NCBI GenBank assembly: GCA_025558095.1
Contig: JAIVFI010000003.1
Location: 868,001-932,000, forward strand
DNA: 64,000 nucleotides
Direction: 5' to 3'
DNA from: Hyaloraphidium curvatum SAG 235-1
Taxonomy: Eukaryota > Fungi > Monoblepharomycota
Made by a program: the position numbers and the translations under genes
The notes under the pieces: generated by a model
The model's input: the letters and a program-made list of their open reading frames with translations, nothing else
What the model was told of the DNA's origin: nothing
Database searches by the model: none
Part shown: positions 21,093 through 30,787 of the stretch, piece by piece
Numbering within the stretch: the first letter of the stretch is position 1
How the letters are laid out: each line of letters opens with the position of its first letter

Positions 21093-21934
21093 ATGACAAA
21101 GTCCGCGAAACCCACGGCGCCTGCGAAAAAGGTCGTCAACTCGCTCCCCCTCCCGCACAACCGCATGAAGGTCAACTGCCACGCCGGACACACCGGCTGC
21201 GCCGAGTACAACATCATCGACGAGCCGCCGAACAGCACGGACCGCAAGGCCTACTTCGTCCAGGAGGTGGCGCCGCTCACCGTCAGCATCGTCGAGCAGC
21301 AGGAGGTCAAGCACGGGCAGAACCACTGCAGGTTCCGCAACACCATGCTCGGCCCCGACGGCATGACCTGCACGCGGTGCAACTGGACCTTCGGGACCAA
21401 ATCCAGCGCCCAAGGCGTGGGTAGATCGCACGCTGTCGGGCACGGACGGCACTGACGGTCCGGCAGCACGAGATTTGTCCCTCGAAACACTACCGCTGCG
21501 CGTGCTGCGGCTCCGGCTTCACCACCCTCCGCAAATTCCTCGATCACTGCAAGACCGCGCACCACATCAGAACCAGGGCAGGCTGGACCGTCTACCCGCA
21601 CGGGCAGGACGTCGAGCATGCCGAGGAGGAGGTCGGTTATGTCGAGGAGGTGGTCGGCTACGAGGACTACGGCGGGCCCGCGGCTGGCTACCACAACACC
21701 GGCGGGCAGGGCGGTGACGGCGGCCCGGAGCAGAGTGGGTCAACGGAAGCGCTGTTTGAAGTCGCCCGCTCAACGAAGGCAAAGAAGGCGAAGAGGAGGA
21801 CGCGCAGGAGGTCTAGTCGCCGGGGAGCAGGAGCCCGTCGAGGCCACGCCGCCTCGCCGATGACAGATCGAGACCGGGGTAGAGTCAGGGCTGTCCGCCA
21901 CGAGGCGAAGGAGATAAAGCCCAATGAGTTCTAG
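21093..21934 (+). CDS. C2H2/C2HC zinc-finger protein (element cargo, 1 intron about 21417-21466)
   Basis: After splicing GTGGGT..CTGAC..GCAG: CTRCNWTFGTKSSAQGHEIC and YRCACCGSGFTTLRKFLDHCKTAH; acidic middle; basic NLS-like KAKKAKRRTRRR; joins ORF 21650-21934. Confidence 0.7.
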
Positions 21935-22007
21935 TGATGCATGATGCCTGCCGAGGCGCAGTCAGCGCCTGAGCCAGTATACCGAAAGCAGTCCCTCGAG
22001 CCGTCAT

Positions 22008-22469
22008 CTAGGTCACGATACCCGAGCGTTGTCGGCCGGCGGCCGGCTCGCTAGCGAGAATCTGCTCGTGGAAAGCAATGTGCCTCTCCGGCTGCGCCGC
22101 AGCCTCGGAGCTGACGTATCTGACCTTCTTCCGCACGATGCCCTGCCTCCGCAGCACCGTGGAGACGTGCTGCTGAGTGACGGGCACACCGAACCTGGTT
22201 TCAAAGTCCTTCGCCAGTCGCGCCTGGGTGACCGTGACCCGCTCCAGGGCCTCCTTGGCCAACCATGCGGCCCGTTCAGGAGTGACCTTAGAGCTGGTCG
22301 GCGCCCGGCGGGGCTCCTTTTCCTGCGGGACAGCGGCTGCTTCGGCCTGCCAGCGGAACAGGGTGCTGCGATTGATGCCGAAGAAACTGCATATGTTCGG
22401 GACGGGGATTTCGAGCCCATTCTTCATGCCGAGGGCAACTTCCCGACGGTCCACGAGATGCCGGGACAT
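22008..22469 (-). pseudogene. IS630/Tc1-mariner-like transposase N-terminal double HTH, truncated before the DDE domain
   Basis: ICSFFGINRSTLFRW (HTH1), SKVTPE linker, TQARLAKDFETRFGVPVTQQHVSTVLRRQGIVRKK (winged HTH typical of IS630); stops at 153 aa where the first catalytic Asp would follow. Confidence 0.7.
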
Positions 22470-22588
22470 CGCGGGAGTTGTGTCGGTGATGATACCCTTC
22501 CGCAAGGTCCTAGTCTCGACTGTGGAACAGTAATGGTCGCGACGCCGTTTTTGAGACGCGACCAAACAACCAACATTCCTTCTTCGCG

Positions 22589-23540
22589 ATGCCGAAATCG
22601 AAGCGTTCGAAAGTCGGTGCGTGTCCTGCTGCCTCCCTCGCACCGCCCTGCCTCTTTTCTGAAGCTTGCGGCCCAGTCCCGCTCACGCGGACCAAGAAGA
22701 AGCCCGCCGCGGCCCGGAAGCAGGACCTCGTCCGCCGCATCCAGGACGCCCTCTCGCTGTGCGACTCGGTGTGGCTCCTCTCTGTGGACAACATGCGGAA
22801 CGAGTACCTGCAGGAGCTGCGTGGCGAGTGGAAGGGCAAGGGGACGATCTTCTTTGGGCGGAACAAGGTCATGGCGCGGGCCATGGGGGATTCGGCAGAG
22901 ACGGAGTACAAGGAGGGGCTGAGCGAGCTGACTCCCGTGGGCATCGAATGGCGGTTTCTTTCGGCAAGCGGAAGCTGACGTTCGGCGTCTGTTCTTGTCG
23001 GTGGCAGCGGCTCAAGGGGCAGGTCGGCCTCCTCCTCACCTCCCTCGACCCCGACGCCGTTCTGGAAACCCTCCGTCAGCAATCTTCCCAGCGATCATCT
23101 TACCTCCGCTCCGGTAATGTCGCCCCGCGGACGGTCGAGCTCCCCGCTGGCCCGCTCGTCCGCGGCTTCGGCGACGAGGTCGAGCCGGTCCCGCCGAGCC
23201 TCGAGGGGCAGCTCCGGAAGCTGGGGATGCCGGTGCAGCTCAAGAATGGGAAACTGGTGCTGTTGGAAGACTATACCGTGTGCGAGGAGGGGAAGGCGCT
23301 GACGGCAGATGGGGCGCACATCTTGGTGGGCGGCCTACGCTCGTCGGATAGCGGATTCAAGGCTAACGGACGGATGCACGACAGAAGCACTTTTGGACGG
23401 AGCTCGCGCAGTTCACCGTCACCCCCTTGTCCTACTGGCGGAACGGGGAGGGCGTCGTGGTCCTGCAGGAGGACGGTGCTGATGGGGAGGGCGAGGACAG
23501 CGGGGTGGAATCCGGGGAGGAAGCTTCTGACATGGAGTAG
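22589..23540 (+). CDS. MRT4: Ribosome assembly factor Mrt4 (uL10-like), 4 exons
   Basis: MPKSKRSKV, VDNMRNEYLQELR, IFFGRNKVMARAMG, LKGQVGLLLT, LRKLGMPVQLKNGK, YTVCEEGKALT. Confidence 0.93.
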
Positions 23541-23668
23541 AGATGATTGTGCTGTGCTGCGGTATCGGACTATGATCGATGAATTGTGTTTGCAGAGTGG
23601 CCGGGTTTCCCGATGCTCCTGAGGATCGCCGCCGACCCGGGTGTCTCCCAGCTTTTATCCCCGACGCG

Positions 23669-24931
23669 ATGATGGACGCTTCGAAGGAACTCTCCCGCCA
23701 GCTCGCCCAGCACGCCATTTTGGCCGCCTATGCCCTCTACGCGCGCGCCACGGACCGCCTCGACGCGCCCCTCCTCCGGTCGCTGTTCACCTCGGACTGT
23801 GAGATCGACATGGGGGCCGTGCGCGGCAGCGGGCACGAAGCGCTCAAGACGGACATTCTCCGGGCATTCGCAACCCAGCAGCATGCCGTCTCGAATGTCA
23901 GGGTGTTGCTGAGCGCGGACGGGAGGGAGGCACGGACCGCGGCAACGCTCTCTTCCCGCTCGCTACTCAAGCCCCCCAAATCGGACTCGTACTTGCTCAT
24001 GATGATGCACGCAAGGTATTTGGACGAGTGGAAGCTCGAGGCGGACGGACAGTGGCGGATTTCCAAGCGAACGCTTGTGCACGATCTCGATACTGCGACT
24101 CCTGTGGCCGACGCGTCGTGGACCTCCGTGCGGGACCCAAGCGATCCTTCGTACGCCTTTTTTGGCGACGCGGACCTGCGTTCGGCTTCGGCTCCCCGCA
24201 ACATGGAGGATCTCTACGACTGGGAGGCGATCACGGAACGCCTCACGATCCAGAGCCTTGCCCGCGACTCGCGCGACGGGGCCGCAATCGCTAGATGTGT
24301 ATGGCCAGACTCCGGTGCCGCCGTTCCCAAAGCTCCCTCGAGCGGCCCCTTTTCCGCACCCGCGCCAAACTTGCACCTGCTCTCGCACGCGCTGATCGTC
24401 CGAACCTCGCCAACCACCGCCAAGACGGAAACCTACGCTGTCGGATCCGGCTTCTACCCGAACGAGGAGCGATGCGCGTGGGGGAGATACCTCGACTCGT
24501 GGGAAAGGCGGGGAGATGAATGGCGGATGGTGTCCCGGGGATACGTTCAGGACGGCGGAGTGGCTCGCATTCCGTCAACTGTGGTCGGGAGGTACCTGCC
24601 CAAACTCGAACATCTGAGAAAGCCGGGCGTTGGAAGCCGCGGGGAGTGGCTGGGCGCGAAGTGGAAGGCGAGGCGGGCTGCCCAAGCGCTCTCGGCAGAC
24701 CTTGCGGCGATCGACCGCGGGATCGCCGAAGCCTTTTTGTTTCCCGATGCAGCGCCGGAGACTACCTTCCACGCGTCGTACGTGGATAGGGCGGAGGAGC
24801 TGGAAGGAGTTTCCGTCCGCCTGCACGCGATCGTAAAGGGGATCGCTTTGCAGGCGGGCAAAAGGACGGTCAAGAGCGCCACAGTGGAGGCCGTTTATGC
24901 CATGGACGGCGCCGCTCCCAGGTTGATGTGA
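23669..24931 (+). CDS. Tandem SnoaL/NTF2-like domain protein (intronless)
   Basis: YARATDRLD..LRSLFTSD..TQQHAVSN..ARYLDEW..GQWRISKR, then a second copy HLLSH..GRYLDSWERRGDEWRMVSR. Confidence 0.75.
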   Translation: MMDASKELSRQLAQHAILAAYALYARATDRLDAPLLRSLFTSDCEIDMGAVRGSGHEALKTDILRAFATQQHAVSNVRVLLSADGREARTAATLSSRSLLKPPKSDSYLLMMMHARYLDEWKLEADGQWRISKRTLVHDLDTATPVADASWTSVRDPSDPSYAFFGDADLRSASAPRNMEDLYDWEAITERLTIQSLARDSRDGAAIARCVWPDSGAAVPKAPSSGPFSAPAPNLHLLSHALIVRTSPTTAKTETYAVGSGFYPNEERCAWGRYLDSWERRGDEWRMVSRGYVQDGGVARIPSTVVGRYLPKLEHLRKPGVGSRGEWLGAKWKARRAAQALSADLAAIDRGIAEAFLFPDAAPETTFHASYVDRAEELEGVSVRLHAIVKGIALQAGKRTVKSATVEAVYAMDGAAPRLM

Positions 24932-25239
24932 GTTCGATTCGGACCTCTTCTCAGGGGCATTAATCCGACGCTTCGCGCTGCAGATCGAGAACCGCCCTGG
25001 AGCTTCACTCGCACGAGGCCGCGCAGCCGCCGGCGATGCCGTCCAAGCTCCGGAAAGGGACGAAAGGAAATGATGACCCCGAGTTTGCGCACTTCACCCG
25101 GAAAGAGGCGGAAGCAAAACTGTAATGGGACAACAAATGGCTTTATCGCAATAAGTGGTATCTACATGAGGAGACGTATCGATTCACCTTAGCTATAATC
25201 AACCTCAAGAAGAGCAAGAAGAGTAGATTGCCAGCTGCT

Positions 25240-26280
25240 TTACTCTGAATGTCCGAAGTGGATCTGGCATTCGACGAGTGAAGCCACCTCGTCGTCGTCG
25301 CCCAGCAGCACTTGGCCCGAGTGCACCCCGTCATCATCCTTGAGCAAGAACAGGAGATCAAAGGCCCAGCGCTTCAACTTGTAGGGGAACGACTCTTGTT
25401 CCATGCTCGGAATGAGGTGGACGACGGTTCCGTGACTGTGTCCGAGGGGCCGGTTGAGAATGGACACCAAAAGGGCGCAGAATTGCATGAGCATGTAAGA
25501 GGCGGCTGGAAAAAAAACATGAAACAAGGCATGCGCGGGAATCTGCAGGGACAGACGGCTTCAGCATAGGGTGACGATATGGTTCGCACGTCGTGCCCAT
25601 ACCTTGGAAAGGACAGCCTCGTTTCGGTCGCACGTCCCTTCAACAGCCCCCATGAAGACAGTGGAAAGTAGGCTGCTCGCGATCCCCAAAGGCACCATCC
25701 AGTGCTTGACGTAGCCGCAGTGGGGGTGAGAATCCAGGAGGCCGAGCGGGAAGATCGCGAGAAGCGCAAAGACCAGTCCGATCAGGCTCATCCCGCCCAG
25801 CGTCGCGTAGTAGTAGATCGGGCTGCCAGGGAAACGGTTGTGCTGGCCAATGATGCCGAGGCACAGGATAAAGGCAACGACGGTCGCCATCGTGCCCCTC
25901 GCGAGGCGGTACAAGGCCAGCCTCAGGCCGTGCGGTGCGATCGGCCCGCCCAGGCCGCGGAGCCATTGGTCCAGCACGATCTCTCCGAGAGTGACGGCCA
26001 TGAGCGCCGCGGGAACCAGCATGGTGCTACCGTCGAGGGTGCACGCCGCGTACTCCAGCGTCGTCGACCAGGAAACGCCGTAGTGACACGAGAAAGAGAA
26101 GACGCCGTTGAGGAGGAGCAACGCCCCGGCGAGTCTCATGGAGTGGGCCCGGTGATCGGAGAGGAACGTGAAGAAGCCACAGACGATGATCCAGAGGGCA
26201 GACACGCTGTTCATTAGCTCGTGACTGTCCCAGCGGGACTCGCAGCTTCCGCGGTGGTGAGGGAGATCGAGGTCGGCCAT
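25240..26280 (-). CDS. Alkaline ceramidase-like CREST-family multipass membrane hydrolase (1 intron)
   Basis: CE..HELMNSVS, GVFSFSCH (SxxxH), LDGSTM, HALFH (HxxxH) and multiple TM segments. Confidence 0.7.
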
Positions 26281-26441
26281 GACGGGTCGGAGGATGTAGT
26301 CCCGTAGCAAGTTCTCCGCTTGCTTGAGTATCGAAAGAGGAGACGCGGGGCAGAAGGTTCCAATGTCGGAGTCCAGGATGGTGACACGGACAGCAGCGGC
26401 GTCCAAGGGTTCGGACACATTGACTTTTTCGCAGAGCAAGG

Positions 26442-28210
26442 ATGACCGCGGCGCCGGGCGAGCGGGTTCCGCTGCCTCCGCAGCCGGAAGACATTGACGT
26501 GACGACGCTCACGCCGCTGTCCCACGAGGTCATTCTGCGGCAGGCCACCATCAACATCGGTGGGCGTCGCGTCGGAGCGGCCTGCGTCTCCACACACTGG
26601 ACCTGACCGAATGCCCGTGCGGTCATGCTTCGCCCCGAATCAACGTTTGCAGGAACGATTGGGCACGTGGCGCACGGAAAATCGACGGTGGTGAAGGCCA
26701 TTTCGGGGGTGCAGACCGTCCGGTTCAAGAACGAACTCGAACGCAACATCACCATCAAGCTGGGCTATGCGAACGCCAAGGTGGAGCGGGAACGATGTGC
26801 TGGGGATGCACTGGGCGATGCTGAGCGTTTTGGTGGTGGCAGATCTTTAAGTGCGACAACGAGGCGTGCCCGAGGCCGGGCTGCTACAAATCCACGCGGT
26901 CGGACGTTGCGGACGATTGGCCCTGCCCGAGGTTCGGGTGCGGCGGGAAGATGAAATTGCTGCGGCATGTTTCCTTTGTCGACGTGGGTATACTTCTTCA
27001 GCATAGGTCTTTTGGCACCGCTGAACGCGCTTCCAGTGCCCCGGCCACGACATTCTCATGGCCACCATGCTCAACGGCGCCGCCGTCATGGACGCTGCCC
27101 TCCTGCTTATCGCGGCGAACGAAAGCTGCCCGCAACCTCAGACTTCGGAGCACTTGGCCGCCATCGAGATCATGCGGCTCCAGCACATCCTCATCCTCCA
27201 AAACAAAATCGACCTCGTCAAGGAGACCGTGGCCTTGGAACAGCACAAAACCATCGTCGAATTCGTCAACGGTGATTGGCGACGTGGGCCCCGCTGAAGG
27301 CGCTGCTAACCCCAGTCTGCAGGTACCGTCGCCGATTCGGCGCCCATCATACCCATCTCCGCCCAGCTCAAGTACAACATCGACGTCATCAACGAGTACA
27401 TCGTCAGCAAAATCCCCGTTCCCGTGCGCGACTTTACCAAGTCGCCGAAACTGATCGTCATCCGGTCCTTCGACGTGAACAAGCCGGGCGCCGAGGTCCA
27501 CGAGCTCAAGGGCGGCGTGGCGGGCGGCAGTATTCTCGAGGGCGTTCTCCGGGTCGGCGACGAGATCGAGATCCGGCCGGGCATTATCAACAAAGATGCC
27601 CAGGGCAACATCCGGTGTCGCCCGATCTTTTCCCGCATCATCACCCTTTTTGCCGAGACCAACGACCTCAAGTTTGCCGTGCCCGGTGGCCTCATCGGTG
27701 GGCACTTCTCGTCTCGGAGTTTGTGCGTCTTCGTCTCACACGGATCTGGCAGGTGTCGGCACCAAGGTCGACCCCACTCTCTGCCGTGCCGACCGTCTTG
27801 TCGGCCAGGTGCTCGGTTCCGTCGGGCAGTTGCCCGACATTTTCACCGAGCTGGAGATCAACTACTTCCTCCTCCGCCGGCTTCTTGGCGTCAAGTCTGA
27901 CGACAAGAAGCAGACCAAGGTCGCCAAGCTCGCGAAGCAGGAGATTCTCATGCTGAACATTGGTAGCACGAGCACCGGAGGCCGCGTGACGAGCGTCAAG
28001 GGCGATCTTGCCAAGGTCGTCCTCACGAACCCGGCATGCACGGAGATCGGGGAGAAGATCGCTCTTAGTCGGCGCATAGACAAGCATTGGCGGTGAGGAG
28101 CAGCCGGGCTTGCGCTGCAAGAAGTCATCTAATTGTTGATCTTTCGCAGGCTAATCGGGTGGGGCAAGATCACGAACGGGAAGACGATCGAGCCCGATAA
28201 CGTCAAGTAG
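26442..28210 (+). CDS. GCD11: Translation initiation factor eIF2 gamma subunit (multi-exon)
   Basis: [86 protein letters not shown]. Confidence 0.97.
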
Positions 28211-28332
28211 AGATGCTGGATGTATTCTTCTCGGTCATGGAAGCCGAATGAGCCGTGCTGGGTCGAATGCTCGGGAGAACTGATCCCGTTCTCCGACGGA
28301 AGTGTGGCGGAGCAGGTGCGCAACCACAACCA

Positions 28333-29661
28333 ATGTCAAACTCCGGGACTCTTGGCAGACGGAAGCGCCTGGTCGTCCCGCCAGCCGGCGATGAAGATGA
28401 AGGCTACTTTTCGATGCAGCGCCGCGCCGGGTCCGGGGAGGCACGGGCAACGGTGTGCGAGTCTCCCGTAGATCTGGCGCCAAGGTCGCTCGGGTGGGAG
28501 GTTTCGGGAATCGCGGAGGGCCCTCGGAAGACCTTTCGTCTGCCGCAAGAGGTCGTTCTTTCCATCCTGGGCTGCGTGGACAACCTGTCGGCGCTCTGGA
28601 GCTACCGCTGCGTGAACAGCGCGTTCAGGGACGCCGCGGAGTTTCTCGTTCTGCACCGGTTGAAGGAGTATGCCCTCCATATGGTGGCGCCAACTTCTCT
28701 GCGGAGGCGCCGGAGAGGCGCCGATGGCGTCGAGTTCGGCGATGAGGACGAGCCGACGCTCGCGGGGCAGACCGACTTCCTCATCGATTCGTACGATCCG
28801 CTGGGGTACTTCTCCTTCAAACCCGATCCTTTGATGTGGAATGGATTCAGCGGGCACGGGGCGTCGTCGTTCAGGATCTACATTTCTCACAAGAGCACCG
28901 GGAACGTGGTGTCTCTGTGGGACCTTGACGTGGACGTCGGGACTCGGCCTGCAAACCCTGCCGCCGCAAACCAGGCATCAGTATCGTCGCGGAGATCTTT
29001 TGCCGTTCGCGGCAACATTCTGGTGCGCTTCGATTTCGCCTGGCCGACCGCAGAGGGTTCTCCCTCCGGAGTTGTTTCCGAGGCACCGCAATCACCCGTC
29101 GATGTGCTCGACACTGGACTGCCGGAAAATGTCGCTTCAAGTTCGTCGTGGCTGGAATGGTTGTTTGAATTGTTCAGCAGCCGATCCAGATCGACGACCC
29201 CGGCCCAGCCTGCAGGCAGTGGATCTTTTGCGGAGCTTGTCGTCACTCCAGGGCGCCTCTTTAGAGCTCTTGCACCGGTCGGAGTGTTGAGACGCAGGAA
29301 AACGGTGATCCGGCGCCGTAGCACGCAGGACTCTGTTTCGTGGCTACGTCCGATGGCGATCGAAGAGGCGGTCTCGTACCTGGAGCAATCGGTCAGGATT
29401 CCCCTCGATTACCTGCACCACAGGGACAACTTTGGTGTCCTCTTGGACTGCATTCTCAAGGACCGTTCGGTCCTCAGAGGCGGTCGACTGGAGAGGATGG
29501 AGGACAGCGAGCTGGTTCGGAAGTGGTCGAGCGCTCCCGACGAGGAGAAAGCGGCTGCAAACGGCCTGATGCTGCGGCCCTTGGAGTCCTTTGGCGCTGC
29601 AGGGATGCTGATCTGGTGTATCTGGGCCGGCCTCGTTGTGGCAGGCGTAGGCAGCATCTAA
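28333..29661 (+). CDS. F-box-like protein with C-terminal TM anchor
   Basis: FRLPQEVVLSILGCVDNLSALWSYRCVNSAFR F-box pattern; hydrophobic C-terminus. Confidence 0.55.
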   Translation: MSNSGTLGRRKRLVVPPAGDEDEGYFSMQRRAGSGEARATVCESPVDLAPRSLGWEVSGIAEGPRKTFRLPQEVVLSILGCVDNLSALWSYRCVNSAFRDAAEFLVLHRLKEYALHMVAPTSLRRRRRGADGVEFGDEDEPTLAGQTDFLIDSYDPLGYFSFKPDPLMWNGFSGHGASSFRIYISHKSTGNVVSLWDLDVDVGTRPANPAAANQASVSSRRSFAVRGNILVRFDFAWPTAEGSPSGVVSEAPQSPVDVLDTGLPENVASSSSWLEWLFELFSSRSRSTTPAQPAGSGSFAELVVTPGRLFRALAPVGVLRRRKTVIRRRSTQDSVSWLRPMAIEEAVSYLEQSVRIPLDYLHHRDNFGVLLDCILKDRSVLRGGRLERMEDSELVRKWSSAPDEEKAAANGLMLRPLESFGAAGMLIWCIWAGLVVAGVGSI

Positions 29662-30746
29662 TGTAGCCGAGATCTCCATAATCTAACTCCGACCCAGACG
29701 AGATAGAGAGCAGCTTGCACGCCGAGCACGCACAGCGCCCCGGTTGCAACTCCCAACCGATAATGATCGTGGTCCCACAAGCTGCGGTGGGCCGGGACTC
29801 CCTCCCATCCTTTTGTGGCCTCGGTGTCCATCTCACGATCCAACACCTTCCTCGTTTCCTGGCCCCAAGCTTCTCGCAGAGCATGGCCTCGGAATTGGAG
29901 TGGAACATCAAGCCCGAGCGCAAATAGGATCGTCGGGGCAATGTCCGTTATGGTGATGGGGCGAGTCGTGAAGACGCGGGAGGATGCCGGTCCCGCTATC
30001 GATTTAAAGGCCGGTGAACTCAAAATGAGCCTCGTCGTGAGGCACGAGTTGGTGAAGAAGCCGTGATGCTTGCCAGAATCGTCCCTTCCATGATCCGAGC
30101 ACACAATAACCAAGAAGTCGTCCCGGTCCGCGATGCCCACTTCGCGGTAGGCATTCAAGATCGCAGAACATTCGTCGTTGGTCCTCTTCAAGGCCTTTTC
30201 CCACGTTCCAGACGCGTGGTAACCAGCTGCATGACAGTCCTCGTCCACGTCATCAAGATGGACAAAGACGCAGGACGACGGTGCGTCTTTCAGTGTTCCG
30301 ACGAACTCGATGACCTCCTTGGTCGTATTCGGGTCCGTCCGGCCGTGTACCTTGGCCGTGAAGCAATCGTCGGGCTTCAATATCTCGTTAAAGCCAACCC
30401 ATGTGTAGAAGGCACCGAGAGCGGCGTCCGGGAGCTCCCTCCTGATCACGGAGAACACGTGCGGCATGAAGTGTCGCTCGCCCTCAGTGGACGACACGAC
30501 GGGCCGTGTTCGAACGTGGTTGTTCGAGTCTATCCCGTGTATGTGCGGTTCCGTCGACGTGAAGAGGCTAGTCCAGTTTGGGTACGAGTCCGAGGGAAAC
30601 ACTGAGCGGCACTGGTCGCTCCAGATCCCATTCCGCGACGCGAGCGCGTGGAGAGCGGGGAGATTGGCATCAAGGCTGTACGGAGCCGGGATGGCGGCCG
30701 GAAGCCCGTCGATGCCCAGGATCAGGACATGTTTCGCGGTCGCCAT
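29658..30746 (-). CDS. Alkaline-phosphatase-superfamily nucleotide pyrophosphatase/phosphodiesterase, tail-anchored
   Basis: VLILGIDG, PSDSYPNWTSLFT..PHIHGI, FVHLDDVDEDCH, LVIVCSDHG, ITDIAPTIL. Confidence 0.82.
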   Translation of the reverse strand: MATAKHVLILGIDGLPAAIPAPYSLDANLPALHALASRNGIWSDQCRSVFPSDSYPNWTSLFTSTEPHIHGIDSNNHVRTRPVVSSTEGERHFMPHVFSVIRRELPDAALGAFYTWVGFNEILKPDDCFTAKVHGRTDPNTTKEVIEFVGTLKDAPSSCVFVHLDDVDEDCHAAGYHASGTWEKALKRTNDECSAILNAYREVGIADRDDFLVIVCSDHGRDDSGKHHGFFTNSCLTTRLILSSPAFKSIAGPASSRVFTTRPITITDIAPTILFALGLDVPLQFRGHALREAWGQETRKVLDREMDTEATKGWEGVPAHRSLWDHDHYRLGVATGALCVLGVQAALYLVWVGVRLWRSRLH

Positions 30747-30787
30747 CTAGGGGGGCGAACGTGTTTCGACTCGATCGCGCTCGATCA

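Larger units (their letters stand above)
6288..22530 (-). mobile_element. Putative ~16.2 kb Fanzor-carrying DNA transposon (IS630/Tc1-mariner-like, probably non-autonomous) with cargo
   Basis: TA at 6286-6287 and 22531-22532 (candidate TSD); inverted 9-bp subterminal motif GAGACTAGG (6300-6308) / CCTAGTCTC (22509-22517) lying 12-13 nt inside each TA; IS630-type HTH ORF at one end and Fanzor plus hairpins at the other; removing it leaves SEN54 and MRT4 head-to-head about 85 bp apart. Confidence 0.65.

Noticed and set aside
6288-22530. Starship, Helitron, Polinton or endogenous virus identity
   Set aside because: I recognised no tyrosine recombinase, Rep-helicase, pPolB, integrase or capsid motifs.
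22534-22564. 8-bp inverted repeat TGGTCGCG/CGCGACCA as an element terminus
   Set aside because: It has no counterpart at the 6.3-kb end and lies outside the TA; more likely part of the MRT4 promoter/5' UTR or chance.
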